DNA of 63,202 bases, counting the filler, from Folioceros fuciformis (taxonomy: Eukaryota), in NCBI GenBank assembly GCA_049999805.1. It is 9 parts of 9 records of this genome, joined end to end, with 100 filler letters (N's around TTAATTAATTAA, not from the genome) between each part and the next. Parts side by side here need not be neighbours in the genome. Positions count along the whole stretch, not along the records: positions 7,111 to 18,211 come from JBNGIO010005707.1; positions 18,312 to 26,235 come from JBNGIO010005709.1; 7 more parts are not named here. The stretch is one strand, 5' to 3'. Made by a program: the position numbers and the translations under genes. Positions 12,351-24,382 of this stretch are shown in pieces. Each line of letters starts with the position of its first letter. Positions within the stretch are counted from its first letter, which is position 1. The notes beneath the pieces were generated by a model, which worked only from the letters and a program-made list of their open reading frames with translations, was not told the DNA's origin and made no database searches.

Positions 12351-12769
12351 CGACCAGCACGTAAGTACATAGAGGTTGGACGAATTATAGGATTTAAGGT
12401 TGAGAATTATATAAGGGTTATCCACCTCCATATAAGGTGTGGTTTGTGGTTTGTCACTATCCACTTGCACACAAGATGTAGTTTGTCATTGTCCCTTTCT
12501 ATACAAGGTGTGGTTTGTCATTGCCCACCTCCATACTTGGTGCAGTTTATCATTGCATACTTGTCAACTAGTGTGTAATATGCTTATTACATATATCCCA
12601 TATTCTTTTGTGTATAAGTATAGTATTATACAAAGAGATGGAAACCATCTCACCTTAAAAGAAAGAGAAATAAACCGATGAAGGGCACCACATGCACAAC
12701 CAGGTGCACTAGCCCATGTAGTCACACCTCTTATTATTACCTTCCACAAGGACCACCACGTGCTCATGG

Positions 12770-14825
12770 ATGTGAAAGGGCCTACCTACCATCGCCGAAA
12801 GTCTAAGCTTTAAGGTGTGTATGCAAGGGCCTACCCTACATACCACCGAAGCTCCTAGGTGTGTATGCAAGGGCCGACCCTACATACCACCGAAGCTCCT
12901 AGGTGTGTATGCAAGGGCCTACCAGGGCCTACCCTACGTACCACCGAAGCTCCTAGGTGTGTATGCAAGGGCCTACCAGGGCCTACCCTATGTACCACCG
13001 AAGCTCCTAGGTGTGTATGCAAGGGCCTACCAGGGCCTACCCCACGTACCACCGAAGCTCCTAGGTGTGTATGCAAGGGCCTACCCTAAGTACCACCGAA
13101 GCTCCTAGGTGTGTATGCAAGGGCCTACCCTACGTACCACCGAAGCTCCTAAGTGTGTATGAAAGGGCCTTATGTACTATGAAAGGGTATGAAAAGGCTT
13201 CCTAGGTGTATATGAAAGGGCCTACATACCATGGAAGGGTATGAAAAGGCCTCCTAGGTGTGTATGAAAGGGCCTACATACCACGAAAGAGCCGGACTCG
13301 AAGAAGATGCTTTTCCTAGGTGTGTATGAAAGGGCATACATACCACAAAAGAGCTGGAATCGAAGAAGATGCTTCTCCTAGGTGTGTATAAAAGGGCCTA
13401 CATACCACGAAAGAGCCGGACTCGAAGAAGATGCTTTTCCTAGGTGTGTATGAAAGGGCTTACATACCACGAAAGAGCCGGACTCAAAGAAGATGCTTTT
13501 CGTAGGTGTGTATGATATTTCCTAGGTGTGTGTAATAGGTAGGTGCTTCGCCTACCTACCACCGAAGGTCGAAGCTTCAAGATGTGTATGAAAGGGCCTA
13601 CAGACCACCAGAGCTGAAGAAGCTACTTTTTCCTAGGTGTATATAATAGCTAGGCACTTCTTCTAAGTGTTCATTAAAGGGCTTAGCTATCACCGGAGTT
13701 AAAGAAGCTCCTTCTCCCAAGTGTGTATAAAAGCGCCTACCTACCACTAGAGTCAAAGAAGCTGCTTCTCCTAGGTGTGTATGATAGGTACGCACTTTTC
13801 CTAGCCTACCATCAAAGTCGAAGAAGCTGTTCTCCTAGGTGTGTATAATAGGTGGGTGCTTCTGCTAGGTGTGTGTGAAAGGCCTATCTATCACCATAGT
13901 TGAAGAAGCTGCTTCTCCTAGATGTGTGTAAAAGGCCTATCTATCATGGGAGTTTAAAAAGCTGCTTCTCCTAGGTGTGTATTAAAGGGCCTACCTACCA
14001 TTGGAGTCAAAGAAGAACCTTCTCTTAGATGTGTATGATAGGTAGGCACTCATATTAAGTGTGTGTAATAGGTAGGCACTTCTCCTAGGTGTGTGTGAAA
14101 GGTCTACCTATCACCACAGTCGAAGAAGCGACTTCTCTTAGGTTTTTATGATAAGTAGTCACTTCTCTTAGGTGTGTGTAATAGGTAGGCACTTCTCCTA
14201 GATGTGTGTAATAGGTAGGCGCTTCTCCTAGATGTCTGTAATAGGTAAGCGCTTCTCCTAAATGTGTGTAATAGGTAGGTAGTTCTCCTAGGTCTATGTG
14301 AAAGAGCCTCCCTATCGCCGGAGTCGAAGAAGTTACTTCTCGTAGGTGTGTGTGAAAGGGGCTACCACTGGAGTCAAAGAAGCCAGTTCTCGTAGGTGTG
14401 TGTGAAAGAGGCTATCTACCACCAGAGTCAAAGAAGCCACTTCTCGTAGGTGTGTGTGAAAGGAGCTACCTACCACTGGAGTCAAAGAGGCCACTTCTCC
14501 TATGTGTGTGTAGGGGCTACCTACCACTAGAGTCAAAGACCTATTATCATTGGAGTTGAAGAAGCTACTTCTTTTAGGTGTGAAAGAGTGTCCTTATCAT
14601 AGGAGTCGGAGAAATTGCTTCTTTTGGGTGTGAAAGGGGCTACCTACCACGGGAGTCGAAGAAGTTGTTCTTCTTGGGTGTGAAAGGGGCTACCTACCAT
14701 AAGAGTTGAGGAAGCTATACGTTTAGTGTGTAAAAAGGCCCACCTACCACCGAAGTCGAAGAAATTGCTTCTTTTGGGTGTGACAAGGCCTACCTACCAT
14801 GTGAGTTTAAGAAACTGCTTGTCTT
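12770..14825. repeat. ~2 kb minisatellite (units ~30-60 bp, core CTCCTAGGTGTGTATG..AAGGGCCTAC..TACCAC) with a divergence gradient
   Basis: Near-identical 44/55-bp units at 12815-13150 grade into GAGTCGAAGAAGCTGCTTCT-type units. The array is cut at 14826 by a Copia LTR. Confidence 0.9.
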
Positions 14826-17800
14826 TGAAGGATCGCTAGAGGAGCATGGTGAAGGAGAGGAGAGGAGGAGGCAGGGAGGAGAGGAGAAAGAGAGGTCACA
14901 CTCTCTCAATAGAGTCTCAATATGCAAGGGAGCTCAAGGGGGTATTTATACCCTCTAGAAGAGCTCCCTAGGAAACTTCACAAGAAGCGCATAGGAAGCT
15001 GCGCAAGAAGCTTCTTAGAGATTAGCTTAAGCTAATCTAAACTAATGATACTTAACTAAACACTAATCTTAGACTAAACACATTAGTCTAAGCACATTGG
15101 GCTTTAATAACCCTACAAACTCCCCCTTAAAGGCCAATTTACCTTCATAGGAGAGTGGTCTACCTCATGCCCATGAGTGTCCGAGCTTGTGCGAATTGCT
15201 CCGAAGAGAGCCCCTTGGTAAGAAGATCTGCAGGGTTCTGACTGGTGTGAACTTTGACAAGTTGTACCCTCTTGTCTTCCAACACCTCTCGAATAAAGTG
15301 ATACTTGACTTCCACATGTTTGGGCTTCGCATGAAACACTGGATTCTTTGCCAATTGAATAGCACTCTAGCTATCACAATGCAACATTGGAAGCTCAACC
15401 TTGATCCCCAAATCTCTCACTAAACGAGCAAGCCACATGGCTTCCTTGCACGCCTCAGTTGCTGCAACATACTCGGCCTCTATGGTAGATAGCGTTATGC
15501 ACGATTGCAAACGAGATCGCCATGAGACTGCCCCTTCTGTGCACATGAAGACATAACCTGATGTGGACCTCCTTTTGTCCATATCCCCTGCATAATTAGC
15601 ATCCGTATATCCCACAACAGATGCATCTTCACTACCAAAACATAAGCACAAAGCTTTTGTACCATTCAAGTACCTCATAACTCCTTTCACTACCTCCCAA
15701 TGCTTCCTGCCAGGGTTTGACATAAACCTGCTAACCACTCCCACTACAAAGGCAATGTCAGGACGTGTAGCAATCATTGCGTACATCAAACTCCCTACAG
15801 CTGATGAGTATGGAACCTTCTCCTTTTCAGCTTTGTCCTCCGTAGAGCTTGGGCAATCCTTGCTCGAAAGTTCCACATATGGAGGCAATGGAGTACTTAA
15901 TACCTTCCCCTTCTCCATATTGAAACGTTGAAGCACCTTGTTAATGTATTCAGTCTAAGACAAATACAGCAAACGCTTATGTCTATCTCAACGAATACGC
16001 ATGCTAAGAATATGGCTTGCCTCTCCCAAGTCTGTCATGTCAAAGCGACCATTCAACTTTGACTGCAACGCTAAAATCTCATCACTATTAGTCCCAGCAA
16101 TTATCATATCATCCACATAAAGGACCAGAATGAGCAAGCTTCCATCCTTAGCTTCCTTCGTATAGAGGCAATGATCCTCATCGCTACGTTTGTAGCCTTG
16201 AGAAAGCATAAATGAGTGGAATTTGAAATACCACTCCTTGGATGCCTGCTTTAAACCATAAAGGCTCTTCTTTAACCTGCACACAAGACTCTCTTTGCCC
16301 TTCTCAATGAAACCCTCTGGTTGCTGCATGTATACCTCTTCCTGGATATCACCATGCAGAAATGCCGACTTCACATCCGTCTAGATAAGTTCCATGTCGT
16401 GCCTCGCAACCAGACAAAGGACACATCGCAAGGTGGTCATTTTGACAACTGGTGAGAAAATCTCATCAAAGTTAATACCTTGCTGTTGCTTAAAACCCTT
16501 AGCAACCAATCGTGCCTTGTACTTGGGTTTGCCATAATAGCGTATGTCCTTCATCTTATACACCCATTTGCATGGCAACGCCTTCTTGCCCTTAAGCAAC
16601 CGAACCAACTCCCAAGTTTGGTTCTTGTGAAGCGAATCCATCTGCAACTGCATCGCCTTCTCCCACTTGTCCTTGTCAGTCATTGACATGGCCTCTTGGT
16701 AACAAGAGGGCTCCCCACAATCCATTAGCATGACATAATCAAGAGATGCAACATACCTGTCAGGAGGACGTGAGATCCTTCCTGACCTACGAAGCACTGG
16801 CACCTCGACCGGAGCTGGTTGCACTCTCTCCTCTTGTACAAGTGGAGGGACTTGTTCCTGCACATCACGACGTTCAACTTGCGTGGGACGGTCAAATCCA
16901 TCTTCTTGAAAGACCACCCGTCGCACCTCCACAGTTGGAGTAGGCTTCTTGTGCATCTTGGTCTCATTGAAGAACATGTCATTGCTGCGAACCATCCTCT
17001 TGGCCTCTAGATCCCAAAGACGGTATCCCATCTCACCAGATTCACCATATCCAAGAAAAATACATTTTCTTGACTTGGGAGCCAACTTGTCCCGAAACTC
17101 CTTCGGAACGTGGTAGTATGCCTCGCAGCCAAACACTCGTAGATGCTTGTATGATGGCTTCTTTCCATACCACATCTCCTCTGGAACCTGTTCATCCACA
17201 GCCCTATTGGGAGATCTGTTAATAAGATGCACCGCAGTAGCCACTGCTTCTGCCCAAAATCCGTTAGGCAATCCAGAGGTTGACAACAAACTACGCATCC
17301 TCTCCTGGATGGTCCTGTTCATCCGTTCGGCCACAGCATTCTGGGGGGGGGGGGAGTATACGGTGCAGTCAATTCTCTCTTGATTCCCTTGGAATCACAG
17401 AATGACTGGAAAGCCTTCGAGACATACTCTCCCCCATTGTCTGTCTTCAGACACTTCAACCGGAGGCCAGACTGATTCTCCACAAGGGTGACGAATTTCT
17501 GAAACACACTTCTGAACAATTTCTCATACAAATAGTGCTCATACACGGAGAAATCAAAGAAGTAAAAAACACGGTTGTAACCAAAACGAGATAAGATCTT
17601 CATTCCTTTTTGAGACATATGTCCTAACCGACTATGCCACAAGGAAACACTTGGCTGTTCCATTACACAAATCACATGATCCTTGACAGTGGTTACCTGA
17701 AGTGAGTACAAAGTGCCACACTTCGATCCACGAGCTAACACAAGAGAACCTTTGGAGATCTTCCAAGAACGATCTCCAAACCAACAATGGTAGCCAGTGT

Positions 17801-18040
17801 CATCCAACTGCCCTGCACTAATCATGCTTTTGGCCAACTTCGGAACATGCCTAACATCCTTCAGCATGAATGAAGATCCATGGTCGAACTTCAGCTGCAC
17901 ATCACCAACGCCTGCAATCTCGCATGCGTAGTTATTTCCAAGCCGTACACATCCTTTCCTAGTAGCATCATACGTGCTCAACCACTCCCTTTGCGGAGTA
18001 ACATGGAAAGATGCTCCAGAGTCAATTATCCAATTATCCA
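14826..18040 (-). mobile_element. Ty1/Copia element (protease, partly deleted integrase, RT, RNase H, PPT, 3' LTR), degenerate
   Basis: Motifs [78 protein letters not shown] at ~15120-15129. LTR 14826-15117 is TG..CA with TATAAATA. Several stops and frameshifts. Confidence 0.95.
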
Positions 18041-18311
18041 AGACGCGGCGCCTGTGCCCTGGGCGTCCACGGCCCGTGCTCTGGGTGTCTGGGCCTGGCG
18101 CGGCCGGGCGTCCCTACCTCTGGCGCTGCCCGCCGCGCCTAGCGGCACCCACCCCCACCTAGGGGCCTGGCGCCCGCATTAGCCGGCTCAGGCGGGCTGC
18201 TTCAGCTGGGGNNNNNNNNNNNNNNNNNNNNNNNNNNNNNNNNNNNNNNNNNNNNTTAATTAATTAANNNNNNNNNNNNNNNNNNNNNNNNNNNNNNNNN
18301 NNNNNNNNNNN

Positions 18312-18722
18312 AACCCTAAACCCTAAACCCTAAACCCTAAACCCTAAACCCTAAACCCTAAACCCTAAACCCTAAACCCTAAAACCCTAAACCCTACACC
18401 CTAAACCCTAAACCCTAAACCCTAAACCCTTAAGCGTAAACCCTGAACCCTCAACCCTGAACCCTCAACCCTACACCCTAAACCCACAACCCTCAACCCT
18501 CAACCCTCAACCCTCAATCCTTCACTCTTAACCCTTAACCCTTAAACCCTTAAACCCTTAAACCCTTAAACCCTTAAACCCTTNNNNNNNNNNAACCCTT
18601 AAACCCTTAAACCCTTAAACCCTTAAACCCTTAAACCCTTTACCCTTGACCCTTTACCGAAAACCCAAAAACCCAAAAACCCAAAAACCCAAAAACCCAA
18701 AAACCCAAAAACCCTAAACCCG
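18312..18722 (-). repeat. Arabidopsis-type telomeric repeat (TTTAGGG)n at the contig start, grading into variant repeats
   Basis: CCCTAAA units at 18312-18430, then blocks of CCCTCAA, CCCTTAAA and CCCAAAAA. Confidence 0.95.
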
Positions 18723-21446
18723 TAAACCAAAAAAAGCAAACTCTGCCAGTTCCCGGGGCCTCTGCTCATGATGTGGACTCCACATACTCCCCTTCTCACT
18801 TGTTTGCGTCCTTGTCAACTGCTGATAATATTTTTTCACCCACCAGCCATTAACCCTGGTTGGCAAGTTAGGGCCGTTGAGGTGCTGTAGTTGGATGGAT
18901 CCATTCTCGTACACTTCTAGCACCCTGTAAAGGCCCCATCCACCTGAATTGCAGCTTGCCTAGAAAGTGTATGTACCTATTGTCATATAATAAGGCCAAA
19001 TCTCCAGGCATGACATGCTCTTGTTTACGCAACTTCTAGTCATGCCATTTCTTTCTCCTCTCATGGACATCAAGGAAAACAGCCAAGGCCTGTTCTCTAT
19101 CCTTATCATGGTGCACAAAATTGGTTAGCCTCTCCAGTTGGCTCTCCTCCATTGGCAATCGATTGCTCTCCTACATTCTCAAGGTGGATACCTCAAATTC
19201 GATGGGCATGACCGGTGAGTGTCCATAGGTGAGGTAATAAGGGGTCTGCTGGGTAGTAACCTTCTCCGTGAGTCCATTGGCCTTAGGGTTGTAGGGAGTG
19301 GTCTTCCTATGACTGATATTGAAATATTCGGTCATGTGCTTGACCACTTCATTGATGAAGTGAGTCCCCCTATCACTCGCCAGCTCCAATGAGCACCCAT
19401 ACCTCATGATGATTTGCTCAAACAAAAATCTAGCCACCACATTTGCTGTGTCCACGGGCAAAGCTTGAGCCTCCACCATGCGTGTGCAGTAGTCGGTTAC
19501 CACCAAGATGTATTGGTTCTGCCTTCCCTTAGACTTGGGCTGAATTGGTCCTACAAAATCAATCCCGCACTTCTCAAATGGTGCTAGGGCTAGGATGGGG
19601 ACCAATGGCCATTGTGTGGTCCTAGTAGGCTTCCCCACCCTTTAGCATGCATCACACCTCTTGATGAATCCTCCAGCATCAGCATGCATTGTTGGCCATC
19701 AATACCCTGCTGCCAGAATTTTTCTATAGGTCACATGGGCTGCATAATGCCCCCCAGCCTCTCCCTCATGTAAGGAGCTGATAACTTGCTCCACTTGGTC
19801 AGGCTTGACCCACAAACGCTCCACGCCATCAGCCCTTTGCGATACAGCCTGCCCTTGCACTTAACGACTAGTCTTGTGAAGTACAAGAACAGCCGCTGCT
19901 GCTGCCATGAGAGATCAGCTGGAAACTCCCCCATGCCTAAAAAATCAGACACCTCTTGGTAGGAAGGCTTACGGAACCCCTTCTCCCCTTCTCATTTGGT
20001 GCTGCACCTTCACCTCTTGGCAGCCTAGCATTTGGTTGGGCCCTCTCCCTCTCCACTAGGTCTGCTGAAAATGCCTCATCCGGAAAATCATCTTCTTGGT
20101 CTTGAACCACCTTCTTTGTCTTCAGCCTTGACAAAAAATCAGCATTCACATGCCTGCGCCCTTCCCTTGTTTCCACGGTGAACGTGAACTCTTGCAAGAG
20201 AAAGATCCAGCGGGCTATGCGGCCCGATAGGTCTGCCTTGTTGACCAGGTGCTTGAGAGCAAAATGATCAACGTGGAAGACAAACTCATAAGAGAGAAGG
20301 TAGTGGCAAAATTTACGACATGAATAGACCATGCCAAGTGCCTCCTTCTCGGTTGTGGTGTACTTGCGCTCAGCCTCCGTGAGTTGGCGTCCAGCATAGT
20401 AGATTGAGTAGTCCCTCCCCTTCTCATCCTGCTGGCTAAGGACTGTCCCAATGGCAATGGCTAAAACATCCACGTACACATGGAATTTCCTATCCCAATT
20501 AGGTCCCTTGAGGGTTGGTGCTGTCACAAGGGTGGTCCTCAAGTCATGAAATGGAGCCTCCCTCTCCTCTGTCCATTCCCAAGATTGCTCCTTCCTCAAC
20601 AGGTTGTCAAAGGAGCAGCCGTCTAGCAAAATTGGGCACAAAACGGCGATAGCACCCCACCATTCCAAGGAATCCACGCAGCTCCTTAAGTGTGGTTGGG
20701 GCCCTCAAGGCAGCAACCACCTTCACCTTGTCTAGGGTTTAGGGTTTAGGGATGCTATCCAACTTAAATGCCCCTTGCTGAAATTCTGTGACCTAGCAAG
20801 ATCCCTTCAGCCATGCCAAAATAGCATTTCTCCGGGTGCAAACAAAGCTGCATCTCACGGCACTTGGCCAAGCATAGCCTTAGGTGCTCCAGATGCTGCT
20901 CCACCCCTCTAGACACACAAAAATCATCTATGAACACCTCCAAGAACTTGTGAAGGAAATCCTTGAAGATCTTGTACATGCTGCGCATAAAGGACCCTAG
21001 TGCTCTTATTAGCCCAAAAGCACTCCTCTTGTAGGCAAATGTCCCCCAATCAGTTGTGAAGGCTGTCAATGGCCAGTTACTCTCCCTTAGAGACAGCTGA
21101 TAGTATCCAGAATAGCCATCCAAAAAGGAGTAAATCATGCGGCCTGCCACCAAATCCAGAATGTTATCAATGAATGGCAAGGGGATATGATCCTTCTTGG
21201 TAGCTTTGTTCAGCCTTCTCCAGTCCTAGCACACCCACATCTTCCCCGGCTGTTTCTTGGGCACCACCACGATTGGGGCCACCCAATCTAAATTCACAAT
21301 TGGAAAAATCACGTCTGCCCTCAAGTACTGCTCCAACTGCTCCTTTACCTTCATGGAGAACTTGGGATTCAGCTTGTATTGTGGAATTCGGACGGGAACA
21401 GCTCCTGGCTCCAAGTAAATCTTGTGCTCCCCCCACTCCTTGGGAA
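18723..21446 (-). mobile_element. Ty3/Gypsy non-chromovirus (Athila/Tat-like) RT-RNase H-integrase with PPT and start of 3' LTR, degenerate
   Basis: Motifs WVAPIVVVPKK, YSFLDGYSGYYQ, VFIDDF, YTTTEKEALGMV, GIDFVGP, SDRGTHF, and GPY..YENGSIQL..TRVNG. PPT GAGAAGGGGAG at 18787-18797. LTR starts TGTGGAGTCCACA at 18784. Confidence 0.9.
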
Positions 21447-24382
21447 TGATGAAAATCTAGCCTTGCTCTTAGATGCAAATCCCAGAATGTAATTGAATTA
21501 TAATGAAGTAAAGTACAAGCCTTTATATAGGCTAGGTGGTTGAGGTGGTTGAGGTGGTTGGGCGGTTACAACTATAAGTAGTTGTAACCAAAAGTGGTTG
21601 TAACCATTAGTTGTAACCATAAGTGGTTGCAACTACTAACTACCTAGAATAACTACTAGGTAACTACATTATATGGTAGCATCTACAATCGCCCTAATGA
21701 ATATTGCCCTATACTACCTATATTTTATCACTCCCACTCACTATGAATGTAGGGGTGAAAAATAGCTTCAAAATGAGTCTACTTAGGCTAATAGACTCCT
21801 ACTAGATCGAAAGATATTAGCTTAAAACTTGAGCTAGTTGAAAAATAACTTAACTCCAAGGAACCTGGAAAGAAATATATTCAAAGCCTTGCAAACAAAT
21901 TGGTGTGGTATACTGAGACGGGGCTGCTGTGCAGAGCTCCATCAAAACTTTGCCATTAAGAACTCCACCCTTGGATGAGTACCGGGATGGGGGGCCTGAT
22001 GCAAAGCTCTCCTCTTTTGAAATCAATGATTTAAAGTGGATGGTTAAGCTGCCTGCTCTTGGATCAGCACCGGGATGGGGGGCCTGTGAATGGACCCCCC
22101 CCATTAAAAATAAATAAGGTGTGGCCCGAAAAGTCCAATGGGATAAGCCCAAAGCGGGCTGATCCACGGGATGTGTCGGCTGGGGCCGCCTGATTGGCGG
22201 CCATAGGGGGCCGGTATGGCCATTGGCCGGCCGCACCATGCTGCCGCGCATGAGCCACGGCCTACGGGGAGAAGCCATCATTTACGACGCTCTCTCCGCA
22301 TCTCGATGCTCATCTCTTGCTCCCTTCGGTGCGCCCCGTGGTGCTCCTGTTTTCCACTGCGCCGCATCTTCCGCTGCACCTTGCTTCAACCATTGCGCCG
22401 CGCTCCTGGGGAATAGCCGCGCAATCTGATTTGTTGCGCTCACCGACAGAGACCCTTGCCGCGACGCCTGACGGCAGCCGTCGGGCTGCCAGCGGGGATG
22501 AGGTCGCAATTTGTTGAGGACCACAATTGCCCGCCTCAGAATACTAATTAATGTCTCTGTTGTAATATGTGCAAAATTGCCATCCTGCCAAGTTGTGCGC
22601 CGGCGCGGTTGTGGTTTCATAAAATCTTGGTGTATTTTTGTAGATTGGAGGCACATTTGTGCACAATGGCACGTCTAAAGGGTGAGTGGCCGCCTTTCCT
22701 TTTCTTTGTTTTTTTTTCAGTTTTCTTTAAAACTTTATTGTGGCAAGTCCCCGTTGTGTGGAGGAAGGTCCCCATGCCCCCCCCCGGTGCTCCAAATGAC
22801 GGGAACATAAGAAAATTGGCACGCACCCTGCGCATGTCCTATAGGAAAAAGAGAGTAGCAAGAAAATGCCGAGATGCCCGATTGCGTGGTGAGAAAATCC
22901 CAAAAAAGGGTCTAGGTCATAGTATAGAAGACCCAAATTTTAATGTGGAGTTCCTCCAAATGTGTGCAAATGCTGCAAAGATGGTTGAAAATGTGGCAAA
23001 GGAGGAAGAAGAGGACTTGATAGTAGTCCAAACTCATATCCAAAATGCCGAAGTCGTTGTCGAGGAAGTAAAAAATACGGGTAAGTAAACCAAAAAACTT
23101 TGTTAAAAATAAAAGCATAGTATTTGTTGTTGTAAATACTAATAATTGTTGATGTAGATATTCCAAGGCAAATAATATCTCCCACTGTCTCCAAAAGTGG
23201 GAAACCATCAAACGAAGACTTAGAAGCCATATCTTCGGAGGAATCCCATGTGAAAATAGTCCCCTTGAAGATGTGGAGGCTATAAAGACAGAACCAATGG
23301 TAGCAAATTGGAGTAAAAGTAAGTAGGAAATGATAAAAGTAAGTAGGAAAATAGGTAGGGGTACCTATGTAGGCTAAAAGCTAACATTCTTCCTAATGAA
23401 AACTACTTCTTTTGCAGGTGTAGATAAATGTGTAGGCACTGACCATGTAAGGATGGCTATACCACTAAAAGTAACCCAAGGAAAAACAAATGGAAAAAGG
23501 AAAGTACTGAGTTCCTATTTGCCACCTAGGAGTCTTTCAAGAGCTACTTACATAATATTTCCTGAGGAACCAGATGACCATGAAGCTCCCAAAGAATATG
23601 TATGTGACAAAAAGGGAATAAAAATGATGTGGTTAGGTGCATCCCCATGCGAAGAATATGAAGGATATACGAAACACTTATATAGTAGGTTTTCTAACCA
23701 CTTAACTATATTATTCCTAATCATTTTTATCACTTAACCAATTGACTTTGTTGTAGGATCTTTTTGGGCATTAGAGAGAGAAGACAAGGAGTACAGTGAA
23801 GACTACTTAGAATTAGAAGCTGAACTTGAAATGCTAGATGACCTGTGTGGTTTATAGTTAGGTTCTCTTGACTAGTAGGTCAGTCTTAACTTTACGTATT
23901 CCTAAAGTTTTCATATGTTTAAGATGTAAATCTCTGCCTAATGACTTGGTTAATGAATCAGCTGGATTTTCCTGGGTTTGTATATAATTTATATCTATTG
24001 TTTTATTTTCTGACATCTCACGTATGTAATGATATTCAACAGCTATATGCTTTGTCATGGAGTGGAAGACAGGGTTTCTAGCTAAGGCTATGGCTCCCTG
24101 ACTATCACTGAAAAGAGGTGTGGGCTCATTTTGAGAATAACACAACTCACTCAATGCAAACCTGCTCTAGACTATATCTTTTGAGACTGAGGTTGGAATT
24201 CTATACTCTGATTCAGTACTTGACAAAGCAATAGTAGGTTGTTTCTTACTTGACCATGAGATGGGAGCACCTCCAAGTAGTAGAATGTAACCTGATACAG
24301 ATTTTCGACTTTTAGGGTGTCTAGCATAGTCGGCATCGGCATATGCAGTTAATTGTAACTTGGATAGGCCAGGTGTATGACT
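21447..24382 (-). mobile_element. Ty1/Copia 3' end (RNase H, ~2.1 kb post-pol region, PPT, 284-bp 3' LTR) inserted in the Gypsy RT region
   Basis: RNase H ORFs 24167-24424 (YADADYA..KKQPTIALSSTESEY) and 23858-24154 (KHIAVEYHYIRE). PPT TGAGTGGGAG at 21731-21740. LTR 21447-21730 has TGATA..CATCA termini. Confidence 0.88.
22774..23857 (+). CDS. Predicted 4-exon antisense accessory gene inside a Copia element (~278 aa; one 1-nt deletion in exon 2)
   Basis: Exons 22774-23080, 23158-23318, 23418-23684, 23757-23857. Introns GTAAGT..TAG (77 nt), GTAAGT..CAG (99 nt), GTAGGT..TAG (72 nt), all phase 1 with CTAAT/CTAAC branch-like motifs. Stop TAG 23855-23857 abuts the pol stop at 23858-23860. Confidence 0.7.

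Noticed and set aside
12815-13150. CRISPR-like array or repeat-protein ORFs (HTHLG / PPKLLG)
   Set aside because: There are no unique spacers and no cas genes, and the context is eukaryotic. The ORFs are open in several frames and on both strands, as expected from tandem DNA.
21850-22281. 143-aa sense ORF in the Copia post-pol region as an env-like gene
   Set aside because: There is no signal peptide or transmembrane segment, the 5' half lies in a GC-rich tract, and the second element has no counterpart.
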